A DNA stretch of 61,108 nucleotides, the filler included. It is 12 parts of 12 records of this genome, joined end to end, with 100 filler letters (N's around TTAATTAATTAA, not from the genome) between each part and the next. Parts side by side here need not be neighbours in the genome. Positions count along the whole stretch, not along the records: positions 1 to 4,861 come from SRR15195285_7253; positions 4,962 to 16,391 come from SRR15195285_7255; 10 more parts are not named here. The stretch is one strand, 5' to 3'. The notes under the pieces were generated by a model. That model was given only the letters and a program-made list of their open reading frames with translations. It made no database searches and had not been told where the DNA came from. The first letter of the stretch is position 1. The number at the start of each line of letters is the position of its first letter. A program made the position numbers and the translations under genes. Positions 1 to 13,100 of the stretch are shown piece by piece.

Positions 1-28
1 CCCCCCCCCCCCCCCCCCCCCCCCCCAG

Positions 29-3025
29 AGTGCCTCGCGCTGACCGGCGTGCAGACGCAGGTCGCTCCCTGGGGACCCGTGCCGAAGCGTGAGCGTGTCC
101 GAGCTGCCAGTGGGCGCGGCCGCGCAGGTGGCCAGGGCTCGGGTCCAAATTCGATCTCAGATTTCCTCAACGAAGCAGAGGAGAACGAGGGATATGACCG
201 CGTGAACTCATTCCACCAGCTGTACGTCCGGAACGACGGCAAGCAGGTGCTGCTGGTCGCCAAATGGTCCGAGATGGGCGAACTCTTTTACCCGCAGGTG
301 ACATCAATGGGTGAGGAGGGCAGCGTGCGGGATATGGAGATGCGTATGCTCCAGCCGACAGGCCTTCAGTTCCTCGCGGCGCCGGACCGCAAGTCGGTGC
401 ACCTGGTGCAGGCGCAAGAGCGCCTCAGCCGTGACGACTTCTCTGCATCAACTTACGACCCAGCCACTGGAGGCATGCAGGGTGGATTCACCCGCTCGTT
501 CGTGCCAATTGTCACCGATTTCGGCGAGCAGGCATATCTCCTCGACGTCACGCCTTGGATCTTTAGCTTCGCCACCCTGTTCGGTGGGCCGCCGGCGATG
601 AGCGGCCCTGGCGGCACTGGAGATACCTCCATCCGCGAGTGCAAAGGATTTCCGACGAACATGATGTTCTACATGCAGATGCGCCGCGCTTCTGCCATGA
701 CTCTTCAGACTGCATCTTCTGCGGTCCAGTTCTTCTCCGTCGCGTTTTGCTTGCTACCGACAACGCCGTGAGTGGGCGCCTGTCGCCCTGTAGTCAGTGA
801 GCCATTGCTTAATGCACGAAGGCTTGGCAAGTCGATGTTCCGTTGCCTTCTTCGTCTCTGATTCTGTCCTTCTCTTTTTGCCGTACGCAGGATGGTGCCG
901 CGACCATGGGATCGACGCGTGGGCTTCTTCACGACTGAGGTACAGATCGGCTCTCCGAAGCAAATTACAGTAGTCGAGCAGGCAATCAATCGGTGGCGGT
1001 TGAGCGATGATGACGGGAAGCTGAAGCCGATTGTCTTTCACCTGGATCCGTCTACACCTGAGATTTATGTTCCGACACTCAAGAAGGGTGTGACGAGCTG
1101 GAACAGCGCATTTGCTGCTGCTGGATTCCCGCACGCAGTCATCTGCCTGGCCAAAGGCGACGCCGACTATCCAGATGATTTCTCAACAGGAGATGCCCGA
1201 TTCAGCAGCATCCATATGACCAATCCAGAGCGCTCCGGTCTGCTCGGTTACGGCCCGAGTGTGGTGGATTTTCGTTCTGGAGAGATTCTGGCGGCGCAAA
1301 TTATGTTGGGCTTCGATGCATTCAGCTCAGTGCCGTCACGCTTCTCTGACGACTTGCTGACAGTGGACCACCGGCGTGCATGTGGAGCGCGCACCCCGCT
1401 GCTCGACGCTGACCACCCAGACGTGCTGCTCACGCTGCATAACGTCGTTGCGCACGAGGTTGGTCATGCACTCGGCTTACGGCACAATTTCATCGCATCC
1501 GAGGATGGTAATTCGTCGTTGATGGATTATCAAGACGACTTCGACGTCACCGATCCACATGCCCCCAAATTTGGCCATGACTATCTGCTGGAGCCGGGGC
1601 GATATGATGCATATGCAATAGCGTACGGCTACACTTCGCTGGACGGTGAGACTCGTGGATTGAGACACGAAAAGCTGGCGTTTCTCGCAAATGGGCAGGA
1701 GGTGACCGATATGAATCTATTACACATTCCTCGCAACCCACAGTTTGCGACGGACGAGTCGCTGTATGACGATTTTGATCCGCGGGTCAACACATTCGTC
1801 TCTGTTGATGGAGCAAAACGCATGGGACGGGAAAAAATGGAGTATGTGGCCGTCCAGCGGAAGAAGTTGCTGCACCTGGTGCGAAACGGGTCCCTCGAGC
1901 CAGATGTGTACACGATGCGGATGATGCTCCTCTTGCGCTTGACGTGGTCGGACCTCCAGGCTGCGACGAAATGGGTAGGTGGTGGAACAATCAACGCCGC
2001 CAGGGACCAAGCTACGCCAGCTAGTATTGCTGACATGACTGAGCTGCTTGGCATCTGTACGTCTTTGCTCGTCTATACGCACTCACTTATCCACTCTTCG
2101 TCACATGTTATTTTCGTACTATACCTGCATTCCAGTTGGCTGACAGTGAAACCGAACGGTGCTTGCAGCGTTGGATTTCATGATCGGTGATGTTTTCCGG
2201 GTGTCCGAGGAGGAACAGCGTTTCATGCTGTATGATACGAACGCGCGGTTTGGTGGCGGATCTTACGCTCTGACACCTGTCAACATCTTGCGACAACATA
2301 GCACAATCGTTGACAACCTGTTGTTTCGACTGCTTATGCCAACACGGCTCGGTCGACTGGAGATGCACTACTCGCAGCGAGAGGTCACTAGAGTTGGATC
2401 TGGCGGCTACAACACGTTCGAAGTGCTGAATTCCCTTGCCTTTGGGCGGTCAGACTCCGGCGGTAATGACGGATTACTGGCTCCACTTGTCCGACTAGTC
2501 GATGCCTCCAAAGTTGGCAAAACATCTGATGAGATTGAAGCTGGGAAGGAGTCTTCCGTGCAAGGCAACGATGCGGCCACGGCACCAACTGCGGAGCAAC
2601 TTGGGCTGTTGGAGGTCTCCGGACGCGATCATTTGCGTTGCGAGGCAAGGCTTCTTTTCGCGCGCATCGTCAACGACCTCAGCCATGATGACACAGCTCT
2701 GGCCTTTGTGCAGACTGGCGCGCGTGCGTTTGTGCACGAGGTGAAGCGGGCAGCTGAGGCTATTGGCCTACCTCACCCCGTCAGAGAAACGGGTACAGTG
2801 CTCTCGCCTGTAGCGGCTGCGCACTGGGAACTTTTTCTCGAAGAACTCAGCAAGAAGAAAGAACCGGAGTCGCCTGGCCTCGGCGGCATATTGGGGCTTA
2901 TGATGGGCCGTGACGGTAAAACATCAATCTCGACGGACGACGACGAGTGGGTGCTATCTGAGCAAGGAGGTCGCATGCCACTCTCAGGTTGCATACCACG
3001 CTTGCCCGTATCCGCAAGGCTATAG
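29..3025 (+). CDS. Zinc-dependent metalloprotease, EcxA/DUF5117-DUF4953-like; 5'-truncated; introns 768-890 and 2057-2168
   Basis: HEVGHALGLRHNF zinc motif with Met-turn SSLMDY. Splicing GTGAGT...CAG restores LLPTTPMVPRPWDRRVGFF, followed by INRWRL and KPIVFHLD. A second intron GTACGT...CAG joins the 2159-3025 frame. Confidence 0.85.
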
Positions 3026-3069
3026 GGGTATCCAGTACATTTTGTCTGCGTATGAGGGTCACAGTAGTC

Positions 3070-4764
3070 CTAGTATTGTCCTGCAAACCACTCAGCCATC
3101 GTACCCGTAAATCGACCTAACGCCGAGAAAATATGGCTTCCCTGATTACCCGACAGGAAAAAGAACAACACCGTTTGTTCGTCTATCTGCCACAAGTCCA
3201 CGTCTGAAGCGTCACAATCCCATGAGCAGCTTGGTTTAGGTGCGCTGAAGGCTGCAGCTGCCTGTTCCAACAACGTTCGTTCGGAGGCACGTGGCTTGTA
3301 CTCCCACGATACAGAGGAGGCGCGCTGAATCTGTGTGTCATTCACACTTGTCTGCAGCACTACCCCATTTCGTTTAGAGGGCTCCCAGTGCGAGAGATTC
3401 CGTGACCGATCGAGCCAGACGGACAGACCACCAGATATGACATAATAGTAATCGTCGTCTGGAATGTAGCGAATGGTAGGACACGCACCCTTGGTCCCTG
3501 GCCCTCCGATGACGTGCGTTGCAGTCGGCAACGGACGCCATCCAGTTGTTAGATCCCCGTACGCGGGGTCGCTCCGCGGTTCATCTTTCTCCCAGAAAAA
3601 CGTTGTCCAGCTCGAGCCTGCAGGCGTTCCAGGCAGCGGCTGCTGCTCCACGGCTAGGACGTAAGTTTTGCTGCCGTCGCTCTGTGGTCGACCAGTGCTG
3701 ATATCAACGTTCCAGCTTGAGCGCCCAGGCGCGATAATTTGACCTTGCTCCCACTGCTTGAGCGTTGGGTCGGTAGTCTTAAATGATCCAATGCTGCAGT
3801 CAGTTCCGTTTGAACAAAGTCCACCCCAACCTTCGGCTAACCGCGATGCAAGTAGTCCACCTCCATGCTCCCCGAGCTCGAGCGCAGGCCGCCACCAGGC
3901 GCTACCGACGACCCACAACGTTTCCTCTCCAGCCGCATCAGTATCTACGAAGGCAGAGCCGAAGCTATGATTGCAGCTCTCGGTGATATTTCGCAGCACA
4001 ACTCCTGTCTTCAGGTCGCGGATCCGGTAGTATGATGAGCAGTCCTTGTACTGCGGATCCCAATGTGACAGGTGCTCAGGGCAAACAAGCGCGATCGTTT
4101 CCATAAGCAACCTCCTGGTGTAAAAGGTGAACGGTGTGGACTCGTATACCAGGTAGTCGGACATCCCCAGCTTCTCAAATGGATCTGGGACGGTTGACTG
4201 TGCTGGCGAGGGAGGAGGAGCTGGTGGTGCAGGTGGTCCGTGCTGGAGGCAGTCCGAAGGGTGGCGGTTGTCACGTAGCGTGCCGTCTGCATAGAGATGG
4301 ATGACCTGGTTTCCACAGTCAGAGGGGCCGTTTGGACAGCAGCCCCACATGGTGGCGCCAGATGGGTTGTTGTTGGTTATGCAGCACCCCTCGCTGCCAG
4401 CTCCACCCTGATGGGGGCAGCCCAGATCGGCAGAGGTCGCGCGGACAAATCCAGTCGTGCCTTTGGGTACGCCGTTCTTGCTGGTAGCATTCCACTGAAA
4501 GAGCTGCCAATTGTCCGTCAAGTTGCATGGTTCTGTCGTGAGTGTCAGTGGCGTTCCGGTGATCAAGCACCTGTGCGACAGTCTGCTCTGCACAGCCACG
4601 ACTACCTCGTCCTGTTGGTTGATCGCAGAGCTTGCTGGCAAAAGCTCCCAGGTCTCTAAGTCTAACGCCGAATCGCAGGCCTTGAAGGACAGGGTTGGGC
4701 CACCATCGCTTTTCGCGAGACCGAGTAGCCCGAGCAGCGCCACAGCCAGCGACGCCAGTTGCAT
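3070..4764 (-). CDS. Secreted protein: signal peptide, ricin-B-like Cys-rich region, Pro linker, probable beta-propeller glycoside-hydrolase-like domain
   Basis: Single long ORF. ATG at 4764 gives MQLASLAVALLGLLGLA; motifs QLFQWN/CL, PPAPPAPPPSP, HSFGSAFVD, ACPTIRY, RSRNLSHWE, DASDVDL. The fold is inferred. Confidence 0.65.
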   Translation of the reverse strand: MQLASLAVALLGLLGLAKSDGGPTLSFKACDSALDLETWELLPASSAINQQDEVVVAVQSRLSHRCLITGTPLTLTTEPCNLTDNWQLFQWNATSKNGVPKGTTGFVRATSADLGCPHQGGAGSEGCCITNNNPSGATMWGCCPNGPSDCGNQVIHLYADGTLRDNRHPSDCLQHGPPAPPAPPPSPAQSTVPDPFEKLGMSDYLVYESTPFTFYTRRLLMETIALVCPEHLSHWDPQYKDCSSYYRIRDLKTGVVLRNITESCNHSFGSAFVDTDAAGEETLWVVGSAWWRPALELGEHGGGLLASRLAEGWGGLCSNGTDCSIGSFKTTDPTLKQWEQGQIIAPGRSSWNVDISTGRPQSDGSKTYVLAVEQQPLPGTPAGSSWTTFFWEKDEPRSDPAYGDLTTGWRPLPTATHVIGGPGTKGACPTIRYIPDDDYYYVISGGLSVWLDRSRNLSHWEPSKRNGVVLQTSVNDTQIQRASSVSWEYKPRASERTLLEQAAAAFSAPKPSCSWDCDASDVDLWQIDEQTVLFFFLSGNQGSHIFSALGRFTGTMAEWFAGQY

Positions 4765-4861
4765 TGCCGTGACGGATGTGCGCGTGCCGTGCACTCAGGC
4801 TGGCACGGCGCCGTCTAGAGCGTGGATGGACCGGGCAATGACAATGTGATTCTTAGGTCGG

Positions 4862-4961
4862 NNNNNNNNNNNNNNNNNNNNNNNNNNNNNNNNNNNNNNN
4901 NNNNNTTAATTAATTAANNNNNNNNNNNNNNNNNNNNNNNNNNNNNNNNNNNNNNNNNNNN
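4862..4961. other. Artificial contig spacer
   Basis: 44 N + TTAATTAATTAA + 44 N. Confidence 0.99.
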
Positions 4962-5327
4962 GAGGCCAGCTTTATTGAGCTCGAGGTGGATGGCGCAATA
5001 TGCTCGGCTACTCACGGCGTAGCCCAGGGGCTAGCGTGCTGCGATTCGCTCGCCGGCGGAGAGGGGGACTTATCCCATCCAGCGGGCACATCCACTAATG
5101 CCGGCGGCAGCGGCGGCTTGCACAGCATAGAGTTGACGGGCACAGTGTCGATCGGCGGATGCGATCTGACGATGCTTAGCATGAAGTGTGCTGACACTGA
5201 TCCGCAGTCGGGCTCGTTCTGCAGTTCCTTGTGCAGGCAGATGGCAATGTCGATGGCGGACGACTGCACACGAGAAGGGATCGATCTCGCTGCCGACGCT
5301 CTTGCCAGCAACCCTTGCCTTAGATAA
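4962..5327 (+). CDS. 3' fragment of a Cys-rich hypothetical protein
   Basis: Frame open from the contig edge to TAA; several Cys residues. Confidence 0.5.
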   Translation, partial: EASFIELEVDGAICSATHGVAQGLACCDSLAGGEGDLSHPAGTSTNAGGSGGLHSIELTGTVSIGGCDLTMLSMKCADTDPQSGSFCSSLCRQMAMSMADDCTREGIDLAADALASNPCLR

Positions 5328-5479
5328 CCTCACGCACGGCTGGGATCAGCGGCGGTAGTGGATGGCAGCAGTAGCACTAGTAGTATCAGTAGTAGTAAGT
5401 ATTTGAATTGACGTTTATATGTTATGACCGCTCGGAGAGCCTCGAGCTGGTTCGTTTGCCGAACGCTCCCCACGCTTTG

Positions 5480-5992
5480 TTACCGCCGAGCATTCGGATC
5501 CTCGCGAGTATCCATGGCCGTCTGGCGAATGATCGAAAGCAGCGGCGGCGTCTGCCCCATCTTGATCGGAGAGCTGGCGCGCTCGGCATGATCAACTGCT
5601 TCGTCGGAGTGCATGTCGCACAAGCTGCGGCCGCGGATGATCACTGGACGGACGGGGATGGGCATGCCGTGCTGCTGCGGCTCATCAGCTGGGATGTTTG
5701 GCACAGGGATACTTCCTTGCTGCGCGGCGCCATTCGGCGCGATTGCTGGTGCGTGTGCGGGCTGCTGGGCTGCCGCGGCATCGCCTGCAGCTGCTGCCGC
5801 GCCAGTCCTGGGCGCATCTGGGTGTTCCGCGCCGCCGCGAGACTCCGGCTCAGGCTCAGGCGCGGCAGCCCAAGCCTCAGGCTCAGGCCCAGCAGCCGTC
5901 GGGTCGCCGCTGCAGCTCGGCTCGGGTTCAGCTGTGCTAGACGCGCGGGAAGCGAACAGAAACTTCATCAGGCCCAGGTTCTTCTGCTGCAT
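5480..5992 (-). CDS. Hypothetical low-complexity Pro/Glu/Ala-rich protein; probably has an upstream exon
   Basis: 170-aa ORF with EPEPEPE repeats like those in other genes of the window; boundaries uncertain. Confidence 0.4.
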   Translation of the reverse strand: MQQKNLGLMKFLFASRASSTAEPEPSCSGDPTAAGPEPEAWAAAPEPEPESRGGAEHPDAPRTGAAAAAGDAAAAQQPAHAPAIAPNGAAQQGSIPVPNIPADEPQQHGMPIPVRPVIIRGRSLCDMHSDEAVDHAERASSPIKMGQTPPLLSIIRQTAMDTREDPNARR

Positions 5993-6813
5993 GCGCTCGC
6001 TGCCAACACCAGCGCCCGACGAGCAGCCGTCCTGCTACTGTCGCGTACCTTGCGACCTTGTCTGCTGCTGAGCTGGCAATGTCTTTCTCCGCAGCACTCC
6101 TGACACACTGCGCGCGCCGCGCAGCAGCCCTCAACACTCTCCCTCCCTGCCTCCTCCCTCACACCCTTCTCCAGCCCAGCCCAGCCAAGCCCAGGCCTTC
6201 GGGAGGCCCTTGTGGTCAACCCTTGCCTTTCAACCCTTGCCAAAATCGCTGTCTCGATTGCCGCACTGGATTCAGAATTGCCGTGCGAACGCCGGCGATG
6301 ACTCAGCAATCCCCAGTCAAAATTTGCGATATTATAGGAGCTCAGCGAACGGAGTCTCGCCGGACGCCGCGGGGGAAGATCGCCCGAAATCATGATTCTT
6401 GATTCATATGATTGTGGAGGCTGGTCAGGAGTCACCAACGCGCGCGCCGACGCCGGGCGGTGACTGATCGGGAATTCTCACTTGCGTCAACAACTTTCAA
6501 ATTGTGAAGCAGGCGGGTCGTTTGGTTGCCAACCGGCCGTCGATGGGGAGACGCGTCGAGATACCGGTACAAAAGATCGCGATCGAGTTCGGAGTTGTGG
6601 GCAATCGGTCGTGAACCAGCACGCATCAGGGTCTTGTCCCGTTGCACAGCATTCCCAGTCGAAAAATGTCTCTGTCACTTGATGGTCAGCGAGGCCCAAT
6701 AAACCAATAATGATTGTAACAAAACGACTGGGGAGGCCGACCGGGTATCAAACAATGCCTGCTGTGAAACCAGGCACAAGGCCCACCTTATGCTTGGTGC
6801 CACTACCGCGCAC

Positions 6814-6852
6814 CCGGGCATACTATGGTGGGTGTCCGGGCATACTATGGTG
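6814..6852. repeat. 17-bp direct repeat CCGGGCATACTATGGTG x2
   Basis: Exact copies at 6814-6830 and 6836-6852. Confidence 0.85.
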
Positions 6853-7163
6853 TCCGAATACTAGTAGGGTAGGGGTAGTCTACGAGCCACTGGTGAACAC
6901 AGTACACAGAGATCGACTACGCACCCACGTGCGTTATTCCGCCGATTCTCTGAGAAAGACTCTTGGTGTCGCTTTGCCTGACCGAGGGCGTCCCATACTT
7001 GTCCATGGAGCCCGAGCCAGAGCCACAGCGCATACAAACAACGAAAGGACGAGACTCTTCCGAATTTGATGCATTGGAGGCGTACTATGCCTATTTCTAA
7101 AATAATGGTACCCAGGTAGTGACGTGGCCATATGGAGTACTGAAATTTCATGGGTGCGCTGAA

Positions 7164-10100
7164 CTATGCCTCAGCTTGCGGCTCTGCTTGCACGTCTGCT
7201 TCCGGTTGGTCTGGTTCTGCCTCGGTCATGGGCATTGCGTCGGCAGCGGCAGCTGCATTCTTGTCCTCTTTTGCTTTCTTCTTGGCCTCCCGTTCACGAC
7301 GTTGCTCGGATTTCTTGTCTGCTTTTGCCTTCTTTTTTTCTTCCTTCTTCCGTTCCTTCTCTTCCTTCTTCCGTTCCTTCTCTTTGCGTGCCCTCTCCTT
7401 CCGTGCAGTCTTGGGATCCGTCGACTCCAATTGATCCTCTGCTGGTGCTTCGTCCGCAGGTGGCACGAGACCGTCGGCTGGTGCTTCGTCGGCTAGTGCT
7501 TGGTCCGCAGGTGGCACGAGACCTTCGTCCACAGGTGGCACGAGACTTTCGTCAGTAATCTCAGGCTCGGGCTGGGGCTTGGGGTCACCATCAGCCTCGG
7601 CCTCGGCCTCAGGCTCTGCGCCCTTGTTTCTGTTGAACAGGGACCGGAAGGAGGGCCGTTTCTTCACTAGCTCTTCTGGCTGATTGTCCTGATCTACGTC
7701 ATCCTTCTCTTCTGTTTGCTCCTTCTTACTGCGGCGGCGCCAACGTGACTTGCCCTCTACGGCAGACGTCTTACCCTCATCACTCTGTGGGCCCTTGTCC
7801 TTAAAAAATTGCTTACGCGCGGCCTCTCGCTGCTCAGTTGTCTTCCTTCTCGATTTGTCCATTTGCTTCTTCTGCCTGCTGGTGAACTCCATCACACTCA
7901 ACACTTCAATTTCGTAGTGATCTCCAGCCAGGTCAAGTGACTCCGCCACGCCCAGTTCAACCGACCTGCAAGGCTTTTCGCCGAGGCCATTCACCCTCTG
8001 CCATTCGATCACATCTCCAGGCAGCACCAGCGTGAGCGTCCAGCTGTCACCAGCAGCCGGTGCGTACTCTTCAGATGCGCTGATTGCGTCTTCTTTGCCC
8101 AAAGGACGCATGTACCCTTGGGCGTCCTCAGCCTCAGCCTCAGCACCGTATTCTTCCTCGTGTACTGCTTTAGCGTCTCGCAGTTGCTCCGCAGCCTCCT
8201 TCTCTGCGCTCACGGCCTTCTCCAGTCGCTGCTGGAGATCGTCGTTGACAGTGCCAGCGGGTTGTGTGTCGAGCAAGGCCTGGGCTTCTGCACGCTCTGC
8301 TACCAATGCAGCAAGCTCGGTCTCAGCACTATGCCATGCTGCAGCACGATCGAGTCTCTGTCTTGCCGCCTCTTGCCTTTGCATCAGGTCGTCAAGCCGA
8401 GCCAGGTGGTCTGTGTCTGCCCCAACATCTTCCTCCACATCATTTTCCTCCGCCGCCTGCGCCGCCGTGTACTGGTCCACAATGGCTTGGTGAGCCGCTT
8501 CTGCCAGGGCCACCGCAGCAGCGGCAGATGTTGATGGTTCAGCTGCTTGCTGCGCTGGTGCATCCGCTCCAGTCGGTGTGTTGCTTGCCAATGGTTCACC
8601 AGAGCTTCCATCATCAAGGCAGTAGTCTGGCGCTAGCTGTATCTTTGTTGCAGTCAAAGGAAGGTAATTATCACCCATGGACTCGTCACGATTGATGTGC
8701 GCTGCGATCGTCTCGAGAAGCGCGATTTCATCGTTGTCGTTCGGCTCGAGTTTCGGATGCTCCACACGCTGTTCCTTGAAGCTATACAGCAGTCCGCTGC
8801 CCGCAGCACCTGCTCCTCCACGCACCTGCACCTTCAGTACGACCTTGCTTTTCGGGTAATCGCTGGGTTTCTTGTGTTTCTTCACTGGTTCCCACTCCAG
8901 TGCATTCTCAAAGGCTTCCATCTCTTTTTCATTCAGTTCGTCGTCCATTCCTAGATCCGTCATAGATTTTCGTGTAAGCCTCTTCACCTCCTCGATGGTC
9001 AGTGGCTTGATGAAATCCTGGAGGACATCGGCGGTAGAGCTCAAATTGTTCTCCTGAAGCCAATTTGCTAGCGAAACATCCAAGCCACCACTGCTATCGT
9101 CGTCACCATCATCGCTATCGTCGTCATCAACGACGCCGTCTCCCTCAGCGTTTTGGAGCTCGTCAGCTGCCTCAGCCTCTGCGATCATGTCCTGCAGCTT
9201 CTCGACCCACATGTCACGCACCGACTCGGCATCAGTTTGTGTCAAACGCCGACCGTCGCTAGTCTCCAACGGCACCATGATCTGCACATCACCCTTCTGC
9301 TCCGTGTGAATAGTGAAAGACCTGGCCTGATACTGTTCGAGCAAGTCGATCTTCTCTGCTATCACATCAAGCAGCTGCCGACGCATCCGCTCTTCCTCGT
9401 TGATATCAGCCTGCGTCGGCGTGGCAGCATCCAGTTTGAGCTTCTGCAACGTCGTAAGGTCTTCGTCATCGGCTGGTCTTTCCGGGCCAAATGGCTTCGT
9501 TTCAATCTCGTCAATTAGACCACGCATGTGCTCAATCTCGTCTGCCCACCTTGTTACGTCTTCGCGGCAGCCCATGACTCTGGCTCGAGTGAAAAAAGTT
9601 CCACGACGCACCGCCCACCTGAGCTCGAGTGGGCGCTCCGTCATCCAGAAAGCTCGCTCCTCCGCCGGTTGCTGCCGCACCGCCACGGTCCAACAACACT
9701 GGCGGCGCGGTGGAGTCTTGTCCCAACCGGGTACCAGCTTCATCTTGCGTCCTTTCAGCAACGCCGCAAAACTACCAGCTTCCTCATCCGAATCATCATC
9801 GAAACCAGACACAGAGATGTCGTCTGGTGCCAACCCAGCCTCGTTCGCATCGTCTTCTTCGGGCGGAGGGATGTAGTTCGCAAGAATCCATCTTGCGCAG
9901 AAGTAGCGATTGTCAACACACCCGAGTACAAAGTTGGTGAAGCTCTGGCAACAGTTGTTGCAGCAATCATTGGCATTGTCAACGCGCTCTGCCACGTTGG
10001 GGTTCTGAGCTCGGTAGTTTTTCCATTCCTTCTCTTTCGCCTTCACTGCTCGAAGGACTACGACGGGTGCTGTTCGCGGATCAGCAATGATGGTATCCAA

Positions 10101-13100
10101 GCCACGGACGCAGCCGCCACAGATAGAATTCCACTTGACGTACATTCCCATTCCAAGTCCTATGGTCCATGAAGGCATCATCATCAAGAACAGTCCGCCC
10201 CAAATGCCCGTCGGACCACAGGTGTAGTATAATGGGGGTCCTCCAGAAGTGCAAGCCACGCCCCACGTAAAAAATGGAACTGCTAGCTGCGTGACACAGA
10301 ACATCAACATTTGCTTGTCAGTGTCTTGTTTCTTCTCATCGTCGTAGTCTTCATAAGGCCGGAATGTACGCTCAGTTACAGTGGTCCCGACCAAACCTAT
10401 CAAAGTTGTAGCAATTCCAATATACAGCAAAACCCAGCCAGTTTCTACGCAGTCTTCCACTCCCACTAGCGTGTTGTTTGCACACGCTGCACCTACTGAT
10501 CCCAGAACGATGCCAGAGGCCAAGCAGAACAGCCCAACAATGAACGATGGCTTTTTGATTGTCCTCCTCGCAAACTGCCGCCATCTGTCCTTATCCGCAG
10601 TTCCTAGACTGGAAAACCACCCAAGTGCCATCAAGATCAAGCCCAAAAACCAGAGTGGCGCGAAAGTTGACATGAGCACGATGGCGAAGGACAGCGGACA
10701 TTCATTGCGCTCCGTCGGATGCATCCATTTGCCAGCTGCAATTTGTTCGCATTCCTTTTTGTCCCACACCTCTTTTTCGGCCTCGGAAATGTATTTCCGT
10801 GGGACTGTATGGTCATTTACGCACGTTGCGTTCGGGCCTTCCCCAACCACCAAGCAGAACTGATGCGACCTGCAATTCTCCGCCAAGTTGTCGTAGAATG
10901 TTGGATTTAAAACAGTTCCGTTGACAGTAACCACAGACCGGCTTCCGAAGGTCTGCTGCGTGATTCGAGGCCAAACCTTGACTGTCGCCTTGACACCTAC
11001 TACATTGTCGTCAAAGCAGGCGAAGGAGAGACTGCACATCGTAGTGCACAGGACGAGCAAGAACGTTCCCCAGAACCAAGAGCTGTTCTTCCACAGCCGG
11101 GGCCAGAAGGTTGCCAACAGGGCTTGATCAGCTTTGTAATCAACCCCTGTCGATCTAAACTGGGCATAGATCATTCCAAACGAAAATAGCATTAGACTGC
11201 CACCCATCAAGACCAGCAGCACGCCGTTGTGAGGCAAAATGTAGCCACGATCCAAGCCTGTCCGCTGTCCTGCCAGCGTGCCAACCAGACCGGCCCATCC
11301 CACAGCCAGCAACACTGACCCCACAACAATCAGACCCAATGAGGATATTGCATTCCCAGCCTTGGTATTGTCTCCGGCGCCGAAGGTTCGTTTCAGTCGT
11401 CGTCCGTAGAGGCGAGTGTTGTTCTGTGTCTTCTCGTCGGCATACACTTTCCACCAGGCAGTCACTACATTGATGAGTAAGCCAAGTGGACCAAGCACCG
11501 CGCCGACTATAATCATGACCTTGCCTGCTTTCTGACAGTTGGGCAACACCACACCAGCATCTTCATCTATCCTAGTCGGTGTTGTGACACAGAAACCTCC
11601 AGATATCAGCAGCGCAATACCTGGGACGAGCAGCATCAGGCCTACAACTGTCAACGGAGTTTTCTTCCCAACTTTCGGGCCAACGATTGCCTTCAGGAAC
11701 ATGAAGGCCTTGTCCCATGATGGTCTATCGGCAGGGGTCACAGTGTTCCAGTACATGAACGAGAGAACCATGCACACTAGTCCCGTAGCGAAAGTCGGAA
11801 CACCAAAAACCAACGTGATATTAGCTTTCCTGCGGTCGCAGTCTTCGATTTTACCGAGGTTGTTCTTCGCGCACGCCCAGCCGACCGAAGTTAGCACAAC
11901 ACCAATCACAAAAAACACCTCTCCCGCAACCCACAGGGGCTTCTTTGCGACATTTTTCAAGCCGCTCGAAGCGGAGCTCATGAGTTTATCGTGGTTAATC
12001 ATACAAGCTGACAATAAACCACAAAGCAACACTGACGGTCCGACAATCACCAGAACAAACCCAGCAGCTCTGCAGTCATCTTTACCGACCAACGTATCGT
12101 TGAGGCACGCCGCACCAAAAGAGAACACCACAATTCCAGCAATATCGATAAAGAGAGCGAGCATACGGCCCTTTGTTGGGCCGTCTTCGGTTGTAAACAA
12201 ATGCCACAAGGGTCCCATTGCCTTCCTAATCGCCATTGATGATCGCAATTTGTCCGCATCCGCAAGTTTTGAGTAGTAACTCGCACCTGCGGTCACCAGC
12301 AGACCTAGCAGAATGACGCAACTCCCAAAGGTTGTGAAGAAGATACCAGCAGGCCTGCACTCGGTGGTACCTCCTATCGAACCATCCAAACAAGCTATCC
12401 CGCCACTCAGCGTGATTACACCAGTCACAACAATTCCAATGCCAAAGCACACAAAACCATCTTGAAATACCTTTAGCACCTTGCGTTCGCCTCCTTCGTC
12501 TGTGTCTGCATACTCGATAGCGTATTTCCACAGACGAAGCAGTATGCCAAGGCAGAAGACATCGACAGAAACCATTGTGAACCACACGCCAACGGTTTCA
12601 CACGTGTCACCACTGATACATATCAGCCCGAACAGAAATGCCATTAGCGCCAAAACAGTCAGACTGTTGCCAAGTATGCAGACGGCATCGAATCGGCAAA
12701 ACCATCTTTCGAGAAACCCTTGCAGTGATCGTAGCGCTTCCCCAACGTTGAAGTCCTCTCCCAACTTCATGCGCAAGATCATCGTTCCAAGAATGAGCAC
12801 ACCGTTGCCCATTAACGCAAAGGCCATTTTCATGAGCAACCATCCAGTGTTGCGAGGACCCCCTGGCGGGCCGTAGCACGGTGTACCAGGAGAACAGTCG
12901 ACGCCAACTAGATTGTCATCCATGAGAGCTGCAGCAACCGAACCAATAACAATCGCCGAAACAATAAAAGTCAATGCAGTGTACGTGGGGTGCAGTCTCT
13001 TCAGGTTTTCCCACGCTTTATCAGGATAATCGGGTTTCCAATCCGACAGGACCCTCCACTCCAGTTTCATGAACACCATGTAATAACCAAGCCCGATAAG

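Noticed and set aside
1-26. Poly-C run as a telomere or regulatory tract
   Set aside because: Sits at the window edge; an intronic pyrimidine tract or sequencing artefact is more likely.
6430-7150. Short ORFs between the hypothetical gene and the giant ORF
   Set aside because: No recognisable motifs and frames are interrupted; no gene call can be supported.
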